NCBI GenBank assembly: GCA_964403775.1
Contig: CAYOHL010000001.1
Span: 1-37,020, forward strand
DNA length: 37,020 bases
Source of the DNA: an uncultured Methanosarcinales archaeon
GTDB lineage: Archaea > Nanobdellota > Nanobdellia > Woesearchaeales > CG1-02-33-12
Direction of reading: 5' to 3'
Of this stretch, positions 8,523 through 15,676 are shown piece by piece; positions within the stretch are counted from its first letter, which is position 1; each line of letters begins with the position of its first letter. Both the position numbers and the translations under genes were made by a program. Below the pieces are notes generated by a model. That model was given only the letters and a program-made list of their open reading frames with translations, made no database searches and was not told the DNA's origin.

Positions 8523-9190
8523 TTTTGACGGCGGAAAAAGAGGAATCCAGGAAAACTGTTAACAAAGGTATGGAGTTAGAGGAGAAGGGCAAAGGATATG
8601 ATAAAAGCAGCAGAAACATTATAGTTGTTGTTATTATGATTATCGGGCTTCTTATTTTATTCTTCAGCATAAGATACCTTTATCATCCAAAGATAGCTGA
8701 GGAAAGTTATGTTTACAATGGTTTTAAATTTACCAAAATATCTAACCTCTGGCTTACAGAGGTGCAAATCGGCAATACGCTTTTTAGAATAACAACAAGA
8801 TACTCTCCAAGAGAGGTTGAACATATAAGCCTTGAACCAGGTGTCATCACTAAGATCATAAATTCAGACAAGATTTATTTTACAGTTCCAGGCAACCTGA
8901 GTTCTGTTGCTGTGCTGGGCATTACTGAAGTAGGCAGGATAGTTGGCACCCGTTATGGAATATTGAACATACCTTCCCAGAGCGCGCTTACAGAGGCAAT
9001 TGGTAATGAAACCCTTGTTAAGACATGCGATGATGCTGTTAACGGAACAGGCGTTATGCTCTTTACAACAGGAAACAGCACAGCAGTATATTCTGAAAAG
9101 GATTGTGTTATTGTCCAGGGGGAGGATGAATGGGGCATTGTAAAGGCAGCAGACAGGCTTGCATTCAGCCTGCTCAGGATAATGGATTAA
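8519..9190 (+). CDS. Membrane-anchored hypothetical protein, paralog B
   Basis: The GTG start overlaps the upstream stop (GTGA); an alternative ATG lies at 8570. It has a single TM helix (IIVVVIMIIGLLILFF) and an ectodomain that aligns by eye with paralog A. Confidence 0.6.
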   Translation: MILTAEKEESRKTVNKGMELEEKGKGYDKSSRNIIVVVIMIIGLLILFFSIRYLYHPKIAEESYVYNGFKFTKISNLWLTEVQIGNTLFRITTRYSPREVEHISLEPGVITKIINSDKIYFTVPGNLSSVAVLGITEVGRIVGTRYGILNIPSQSALTEAIGNETLVKTCDDAVNGTGVMLFTTGNSTAVYSEKDCVIVQGEDEWGIVKAADRLAFSLLRIMD

Positions 9191-9230
9191 AACAAAAACC
9201 TTTAAAAGCAATCATAATAATATTCTTTTT

Positions 9231-9848
9231 ATGCCGCACTATTATTCAGAAAAACAAACAAGCCCCTTAAGGCCTGGAAAAATAAAAGCTGTTTTAAGGG
9301 GGAAATCCTTTGAGTTCTGGTCAGGGTCTGGTGTTTTTTCAAAGAAAAAAGTGGATAATGGAACAAGGGTCCTTGTTGAAAAGTGCTCTATTGAGGATGG
9401 CTGGAATGTTTTAGATTTTGGATGCGGCTATGGTGTTGTCGGTGTTGTTATAGCAAAATTATTCCCCAAAACAGATGTTTTGATGGTTGATGTTAATAAA
9501 AGGGCATTGAGTCTGGCCAAAATGAACATTGGGCTTAACAATCTTGGGAATGCTAATGTTAGGCATAGCAGCCTCTATTCAGATGTAAAGGAAAAATTCA
9601 ACACAATAGTTGTTAATCCGCCAATGACAGCTGGAAGAAAACTGTGCTTTAGGATTATTGAGGAATCAAAAGAGCATCTTAAAAAAAAGGGATTGTTACA
9701 ATTAATTGCAAGGCATAGAAAAGGAGGAAAAATTTTAGGAGAGAAAATGCTTGAGGCCTTTGGGAACATGGAAGAAAAGGCAAAAAGCGGCGGCTACAGG
9801 CTTTATGTTTCTAAAAAACAGGAGGTAAAAAATGGAAAATACAGATGA
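9231..9848 (+). CDS. Class I SAM-dependent methyltransferase, RsmC/MTS (small-domain) type
   Basis: Motif I is VLDFGCGYGVVG and motif IV is VVNPPM. About 200 aa, resembling MJ0882/RsmC-like N-methyltransferases. Confidence 0.75.
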   Translation: MPHYYSEKQTSPLRPGKIKAVLRGKSFEFWSGSGVFSKKKVDNGTRVLVEKCSIEDGWNVLDFGCGYGVVGVVIAKLFPKTDVLMVDVNKRALSLAKMNIGLNNLGNANVRHSSLYSDVKEKFNTIVVNPPMTAGRKLCFRIIEESKEHLKKKGLLQLIARHRKGGKILGEKMLEAFGNMEEKAKSGGYRLYVSKKQEVKNGKYR

Positions 9849-10326
9849 AAAAAAGCTTTATGAAATCCAGTTTGTTCAGCTGGTTTTTAGCCTAAAAACC
9901 AGCGCAATAATCCAGCTTGGAAAGATAGCAAATCCCTTGACAGGCAATATTGAGAGAAACTTAAATGAAGCAAAATACACTATTGACATGCTTAACATGC
10001 TTAAGGAAAAAACCAAAGGCAATCTAACAGCAGATGAGGAGAAAATAATCAATGACGCTGTTTTTGAGCTGCAGATGAACTACATTGATGAAGTTAAAAA
10101 AGATGAAGAGGGGGAGAAAGAGGCAAAACCAGAAGAAAAAGAATCCAGAGAAGAAGGCGTAGAGAAGCAGGAACCAAGAAAAAAAGTTAAGGAAAGCAAA
10201 GAGCATTTGAAAAAGGAAGAAGAAAAAGCCCAAGAAAAAGTTAAAGAAAAATTAGGAAAGAAAAAATATAAACAGAAAGTTAAAAGACCGGATAGGAAAA
10301 AGAAAAAACCCAGAAGCAAAACGTGA
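9832..10326 (+). CDS. DUF1844-like protein with a long Lys/Glu-rich C-terminal tail
   Basis: The N-terminal 85 aa (FVQLVFSLKTSAIIQLGKIANPLTGNIERNLNEAKYTIDMLNMLKEKTKGNLTADEE) match my memory of the DUF1844 consensus. AGGAGGT lies 6 nt upstream of the ATG. The gene overlaps the upstream methyltransferase by 17 nt. Confidence 0.65.
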   Translation: MENTDEKKLYEIQFVQLVFSLKTSAIIQLGKIANPLTGNIERNLNEAKYTIDMLNMLKEKTKGNLTADEEKIINDAVFELQMNYIDEVKKDEEGEKEAKPEEKESREEGVEKQEPRKKVKESKEHLKKEEEKAQEKVKEKLGKKKYKQKVKRPDRKKKKPRSKT

Positions 10327-10328
10327 AC

Positions 10329-10517
10329 ATGAAAACAAAGCTTGAGAAAGCCCTTGATGAAATCCAGGAAGAAGAGCTTAGAAAAAAGAACAAGAAAAGG
10401 TTTAATATAAAAAAAGAGAAGAAACTGCAGTATTACAGCAACTGGAATAAAAACAATAAAGAGGCCAATGAAACAAAACAGGACAAGCAATCAAAATTAA
10501 AGAATTTTTTTTCATAA
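10329..10517 (+). CDS. Possible Lys-rich low-complexity small protein
   Basis: The ORF lies in a polypurine tract with no recognisable domain. It could be real or a compositional artefact. Confidence 0.25.
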   Translation: MKTKLEKALDEIQEEELRKKNKKRFNIKKEKKLQYYSNWNKNNKEANETKQDKQSKLKNFFS

Positions 10518-10552
10518 GTTTTTGTTAGATGAAATGCCCGCTCGCAACTTTT

Positions 10553-11359
10553 TTATTTCCTTCCAACATATAGCCCATATCCAAAATATTTAAAAATTTT
10601 AAAAACACTTCTAGGGGGAACGCTTATTTCCTTTATCCACTTTCTGACTGCTGGGCTCTTAAAGCATAGGGAGAATAATTTACTCCATGCCCCAAAGTAA
10701 TCTTTAGGGTCCATTTGTCGAACTTCACTTGCCCACTGACGCCAAACATTAGTCTTATAACTTCTTGCTGTTATATCTCTAAGTCCTACGCTTTCCAACA
10801 AACTCTTCCAGCCATCAGAAGTAAAAAATTTGGCTCCACCCAAAGCACGAGATAGGTATTTAACCAATTCTGGCGGTGGTGTCTCCAACCAAGTTACTTC
10901 ATTCATCCCCACATACCCTCCTTGTTTGGTCACTCGCGCATACTCTTTTATAACCTTCTCTTTATCTTTTGGAAATGCAACTACAGACTCGCAAATAACC
11001 GCATCAAAAACCCCTTTCTTGAAGGGAAGATCTTGTGCATCCCCTTTCTTAAATCTAATCTTATCTTCAACACTTTTTCTTTTGGCCCTTCCATTTGACC
11101 TATCAATCATCTTTTCAGAAAGGTCGACACCAACTACTTTACAGCCATATTCCTTGGCAAGGTAGCAAGCAGTTATTCCAACACCACAACCAACATCCAA
11201 AACATATGAATCTTTATTAATATGGCATGCATCAATTAGCTCTTTAGTGGCCTCCAAGCCTCCCATATGTTTAGTCAGACCCCAAGAAGCCTGCAATTCG
11301 AAGTAGTAAGATTCTGGTTCTGCTTTCGCTTTTCGTGATACTTGTTTCTCATTTTTCAT
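10553..11359 (-). CDS. Class I SAM-dependent methyltransferase (Methyltransf_11-like)
   Basis: Motif I is VLDVGCGVGITACYLAKEYGCKVVGVDLS, followed by DAQDLPF..GVFDAVICESV. Confidence 0.8.
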   Translation of the reverse strand: MKNEKQVSRKAKAEPESYYFELQASWGLTKHMGGLEATKELIDACHINKDSYVLDVGCGVGITACYLAKEYGCKVVGVDLSEKMIDRSNGRAKRKSVEDKIRFKKGDAQDLPFKKGVFDAVICESVVAFPKDKEKVIKEYARVTKQGGYVGMNEVTWLETPPPELVKYLSRALGGAKFFTSDGWKSLLESVGLRDITARSYKTNVWRQWASEVRQMDPKDYFGAWSKLFSLCFKSPAVRKWIKEISVPPRSVFKIFKYFGYGLYVGRK

Positions 11360-11430
11360 TTCTTTCAGAGATTTGGTTTTCTTCGAAAACTTGTCTAAAA
11401 AGCACCAATGTTAAATAACATAATGCCTTA

Positions 11431-11766
11431 TTATTCAACATAAACCCTTTTCTTTCTGTCAAATGGCGGAGAGGCAATTGCTAGAAGTGTAAGTCCCTTT
11501 AAGTGCTTGTATCTAGTTCCTTTAGGATAGAAAACACAATCTCCTTTTTTCAGGTGATATTTTTTACCATTAATTACGCAATCGCCTTCTCCTTCTAAAA
11601 CATAATATGCTACATCGCTCTCTGTGTCATACCCTAATTTTATATCATTTCCAACTTTTCTTATCTTTGCAAGATTGAAAATTTTGGTTGTTAGGATATC
11701 TATTGTTTTAGTCGCTCCGTAATCATTCTCTTTTAACTCAGTTGACTTTATGATTTTTGGCTTCAT
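11431..11766 (-). CDS. Cupin-domain protein
   Basis: Shows the two-motif cupin pattern SDVAYYVLEGEGDCVINGKKYHLKKGDCVFYPKGTRYKH. The ATG is at 11766; the ORF-track start at 11787 is GTG. Confidence 0.7.
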   Translation of the reverse strand: MKPKIIKSTELKENDYGATKTIDILTTKIFNLAKIRKVGNDIKLGYDTESDVAYYVLEGEGDCVINGKKYHLKKGDCVFYPKGTRYKHLKGLTLLAIASPPFDRKKRVYVE

Positions 11767-12069
11767 GATGGGGATTACAGAAAACACATTTAATAATCTT
11801 TCGGAAACTTTTTTAAACCAATAAAGAGAAAGTTTTATAAAAATAGGGATTATAGCAAGACTAGGGGTATTAAAATCAAATATAAGAAGAAACAGCCCGT
11901 TTCAGCATTAAGCGACGGCGATAAAGTAGATGATGTCTTTGTTGTAAAGATAAAGAAGGCCTTATCGCCCTATGCAAAGGGGTTCTTTTTCCAGCTGATT
12001 TTATCAGACAACAGCGGCAAAACCCTTGATTACAGGTATTGGGGCGGCAATGATGAGAAAAAAGTAAGA

Positions 12070-12852
12070 ATGCTTTATGACTCAATAAAGGCAGATTCTG
12101 TTGTCCATGTGCAGGGCAGGGTTTCTCTTTATGGCGGAAAGCTTCAGCTAACAACCAATGAGCCATTTATAATAGAGCCATTAAAAGAAAGTGAATATGA
12201 CAAAGCTGATTTCATCAAGCCGGCAAGAAAGGATATTGATGAAATGTATTCTGAACTAAAATCAGCTATTGATGATGTTAAAAACCAGGACATAAAAAAA
12301 TTATTGGAGAATATATTTAATGAGCCCGCCATGAAAGCAAAATTCAAGACGCACCCAGGCGCAATTGAGATACACCATAACTGGATAGGGGGGTTATTAG
12401 AGCACACTTTAGAGGTCTTAAAATATTCCCTTTTAAGCATAGAGCTATTTCCGGTTTTGGACAAAGACCTATTGATTGCAGGGGCATTATTGCATGACAT
12501 AGGAAAACTGGATGAGCTTGAGGTAACCTCAAGAATTAAGGGCTCTGACTCGGGCCAGCTGGTTGGTCATATCGTCTTGAGCACAATCTTTGTTTCAAAT
12601 GAAATGGATAAACTGGGTTTTGACCAAGAGCTAAAGAACAAACTGCTTCATATAATAGTCAGCCATCATGGAAAAACAGAGTACGGCTCTCCCAAAGAGC
12701 CAATGTTTCCAGAGGCAGTTGTTGTTTATTATGCAGATGAGATGAGCTCAAAGATAGCTGAAATGACTGAATTTATTAAGGATTCAATGGAAGACACTGA
12801 AGACAATTTTATGTATCACAGAAGAAAACAGCACAACATATACCTAAAGTGA
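12070..12852 (+). CDS. OB-fold plus HD-domain phosphohydrolase (YhaM-like 3'-5' exoribonuclease family). Coordinates run from the first ATG, but the frame is open from 11797.
   Basis: HD motifs are HHNWIGGLLEHTLEV, LLHDIGK and SHHG. OB-fold strands (DVFVVKIKKALSPYAKGFFFQLILSDNSGKTLDYRYWG) are encoded in frame upstream of the first ATG. Confidence 0.8.
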   Translation: MLYDSIKADSVVHVQGRVSLYGGKLQLTTNEPFIIEPLKESEYDKADFIKPARKDIDEMYSELKSAIDDVKNQDIKKLLENIFNEPAMKAKFKTHPGAIEIHHNWIGGLLEHTLEVLKYSLLSIELFPVLDKDLLIAGALLHDIGKLDELEVTSRIKGSDSGQLVGHIVLSTIFVSNEMDKLGFDQELKNKLLHIIVSHHGKTEYGSPKEPMFPEAVVVYYADEMSSKIAEMTEFIKDSMEDTEDNFMYHRRKQHNIYLK

Positions 12853-12858
12853 GGCAAG

Positions 12859-13110
12859 ATGCGTTATTACAGGAAAAGAATAATACGCGCTTTAATTGTT
12901 TTGTTAGTTATATTTGTATTTGTTTTTTTTACAAGCTATGCCCAGTTTAAAAAAGGAACTTTAATATTTGACCTTGGCATGCCTTATGGCCTTGAAAACA
13001 TCATTGTAATGTTTTTTTCAATAGCTGCAATAGCAAAGGTTGTTTTTGAGATAAGCAGTGTTGAAAGCAGTAAGGATTTTAAGAAGAGGGTTAAGCTAGA
13101 AGCACCATAA
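12859..13110 (+). CDS. Small two-TM membrane protein, hypothetical
   Basis: Two hydrophobic helices (ALIVLLVIFVFVFF and IIVMFFSIAAIAKVVF). It starts 6 nt after the upstream stop. Confidence 0.5.
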   Translation: MRYYRKRIIRALIVLLVIFVFVFFTSYAQFKKGTLIFDLGMPYGLENIIVMFFSIAAIAKVVFEISSVESSKDFKKRVKLEAP

Positions 13111-13159
13111 TTTTGTTATTCCTTCAAAAAAACAGAGGAAAACAGATTATAGCTAAAAG

Positions 13160-15553
13160 ATGGTGAATATATTAAAATACAAAGTCAGCCCGGAAAAAAT
13201 GGGGTGGAGTTGTGATCCTTCTGAATTTAGGTTTAGAACCACAGCTGAACTGAAAGAGCCAGAAAAACTGGAGGATATTATAAAAGGCCAGGAAACTGCC
13301 AAAAAGCAGCTAAAAGATGCAATAAGACTGGGGCAGAATGCAATTCTTGTGGGGCCGCCAGGATGCGGAAAATCCCTGCTTGCAAATAAGCTGGCAGAGC
13401 AGTACAGCAATGAAATTACACAAAAGGAGAAAATTATTCTGCAGGACCAGTTGCTTGCACACAATTTTGAAGACAGTTTTGAGCCTATTGCATTAGCCCT
13501 TCCAACACCCAAAGGAATTGAGTTAAGAAATGATTTGAATAAACTTATGAATGACATAAAAAAAAGGAGTATTCCAAGAGAAAAATTAACTGCAGGTGAA
13601 ATAGAAGAAATTAAAAAAGATAAAAAAGAGCTTGAAAAAGAAAGGGATGTTATATACAAAGATCTTGAAAAAATGAGAAGTAGCAGCCAAAAATACTATG
13701 AGTATGAACCTAAAAGAAGAGTATATGAAGGTAGCATGGAAGATCTGCTAGAAAACTTTTTTAATAGGCCTTTTTCACCTTTTCCTCAGAGAGTAAGAAT
13801 CAGCAAAGAGCAAGCAGAAGAAATACTAGAAACGTATATTAACAGAACAGAATCAGAGATAAAAAGATTAGATAGCATACTAAAACAAGAAAGGCCAGAG
13901 GCATTAATAGAAAAATACAGGGAATATCCAAAAGTTAAAAAATTTCTTGAGAGAATCGTACAGGATATAAAAGAAAATCCCCCAAAAAAGGCTTCACCTA
14001 TAATGGGAATTGTCATGCCAAGACAGGAAGAAGAAGAGGAAAAACAATTAGAGAAATATAAATTAAATATGATAGTAAATAACAATGAGACAAAGGGATT
14101 GCCTGTTCAGTTCATCGAGAACCCCACCATACAAAACCTGATAGGGGATGTGCAGCATGATCCTTACGGCCTTGGCGGCCACAAACCGCATATGAGGGTA
14201 AAGGCAGGAAAACTTCCAAAGGCAAATGGAGGAATATTAATAACTGATGAATTAATAAAAATCTTCAAGGATTCTGTCATGAGTGATTATTTATTAACAG
14301 CACTTGAAGAAAAAAAAGTAAGAATAGGTGGAGGATATGGCCTTGTGGGTGGTGGTACATCTGCAGGAATAGAGACAGAGCCTGTACTAGCAGGTTGCAT
14401 AATAATTGGATGTGCAAATGTGGATATAACGCAATACACCTCACCAAAGATGTCCCGCAGGTTCAAACATAAAATTCTTTTTGATGCAAACATGCTTAAC
14501 ACAAAGGAAAACCACATGGCATATGCCAACTTCATTGCCCATGAAGTTAATAATTATAACAAAAATCCAGACAATAAGGAAAAAATCCCACATTTTGCAC
14601 CAGATAGTGTTGCTGCTATAATAGAGGAGGGAGCAAGATTTACAACAAGGTTTGGAAATGCAAACAAGGAAAAATATTTAACAAATATCTTAGATCCTAT
14701 GAAAGATATTGTACAAAGGGCTGGCTTGAAAGCAGTGGATGATAAAAGCCAGATTGTGAGAAAAAAACATGTTGAACAGGCTGCAACTGATATAAGAAAG
14801 CCTGCCTTAAAAGAGCAGATAGACTATGCTGAAAAAGTAAAAGATGGGACAATTGTTTTGCATACAAAAAAGAGCGAAGTTGGTTATGTTAATGGTTTGG
14901 TTGTTTATCCTGATCCCTTTAAAACAGAGTTTTTTGGTTTTCCAGCAAGATTAGAGGCAACTTCTTCAGCAGGAGATTATAAAGAACATTTAATCAGTAT
15001 AACAGAAGAATCAGGACTGAGCAAAAAAGTTTTTACAAAGAGTCATAAGGTAATTATTGGTTATTTCAAGCAGAAGTATGAGCAAGATGCCCCTAAATTT
15101 TATGAGGCAAGACTTGACTTTAATCAGCTTTATAATCTGCTGGAGGGAGATTCTGCAAGCATAGCAACAGCAGTAGCATATCTAAGCTCATTTTCTAATA
15201 TTCCTATAAAGCAAAATATTGCAGTAACAGGAAGCATGAACCTGAGAGGAGTTGTGCAGGCAGTTGGAGGGGTAAATGAGAAAATTGAGGGCTTTTACAG
15301 ATTATGTAAAGAGCAGGGCCTAACAGGAGACCAGGGAGTGATAATACCAAAGGCAAATGAGCAGAGCTTGATGCTTGACAAAGAGCTGATAGAGGAAGTA
15401 AAAGAAGGAAAATTCCATATTTATGCTATTTCCAAGTTAGATGAGGCATTGGAGATCTTGACAGATGAACCTGCAAAAGAAATACATGACAAAGTAGGAA
15501 AAAAACTTGAACAGTACAGCCAAGGGTATAAAAGCGTTTATCAGAGAGGATAA
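13160..15553 (+). CDS. lon: Lon-related ATP-dependent protease (LonB/YcbZ-type AAA plus S16 protease) with no TM helices
   Basis: Walker A is GPPGCGKS and the Walker B-like segment is GGILITDE. The protease domain GDSASIATAVAYLS...VTGS...GGVNEKIEGF provides the Ser-Lys dyad. About 290 charged or coiled residues separate Walker A and B, with no hydrophobic segment. Confidence 0.85.
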   Translation: MVNILKYKVSPEKMGWSCDPSEFRFRTTAELKEPEKLEDIIKGQETAKKQLKDAIRLGQNAILVGPPGCGKSLLANKLAEQYSNEITQKEKIILQDQLLAHNFEDSFEPIALALPTPKGIELRNDLNKLMNDIKKRSIPREKLTAGEIEEIKKDKKELEKERDVIYKDLEKMRSSSQKYYEYEPKRRVYEGSMEDLLENFFNRPFSPFPQRVRISKEQAEEILETYINRTESEIKRLDSILKQERPEALIEKYREYPKVKKFLERIVQDIKENPPKKASPIMGIVMPRQEEEEEKQLEKYKLNMIVNNNETKGLPVQFIENPTIQNLIGDVQHDPYGLGGHKPHMRVKAGKLPKANGGILITDELIKIFKDSVMSDYLLTALEEKKVRIGGGYGLVGGGTSAGIETEPVLAGCIIIGCANVDITQYTSPKMSRRFKHKILFDANMLNTKENHMAYANFIAHEVNNYNKNPDNKEKIPHFAPDSVAAIIEEGARFTTRFGNANKEKYLTNILDPMKDIVQRAGLKAVDDKSQIVRKKHVEQAATDIRKPALKEQIDYAEKVKDGTIVLHTKKSEVGYVNGLVVYPDPFKTEFFGFPARLEATSSAGDYKEHLISITEESGLSKKVFTKSHKVIIGYFKQKYEQDAPKFYEARLDFNQLYNLLEGDSASIATAVAYLSSFSNIPIKQNIAVTGSMNLRGVVQAVGGVNEKIEGFYRLCKEQGLTGDQGVIIPKANEQSLMLDKELIEEVKEGKFHIYAISKLDEALEILTDEPAKEIHDKVGKKLEQYSQGYKSVYQRG

Positions 15554-15676
15554 TTAAAAGGCTACAGAGCTTTTGAGCAAAGGATTAAACTAAGGACACT
15601 TTAATTCTACTACTACTTTTAAATGATTATAAAATCAAAAACTTTAAATAGATACTGTATTCTTGCAATAACTAAA

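Noticed and set aside
10553-11787. Methyltransferase plus cupin pair as a horizontally acquired island.
   Set aside because: I suspected a codon-usage anomaly because of CGN arginine codons. However, ftsZ and other core genes here also use CGN, and the GC content by eye matches the neighbours. There are no flanking repeats, tRNA target or integrase.
11876-12166. 96-aa minus-strand ORF overlapping the start of the OB-HD gene.
   Set aside because: The opposite strand in this interval encodes recognisable OB-fold sequence contiguous with the HD domain. The minus-strand product is Arg/His/Leu-rich with no features.
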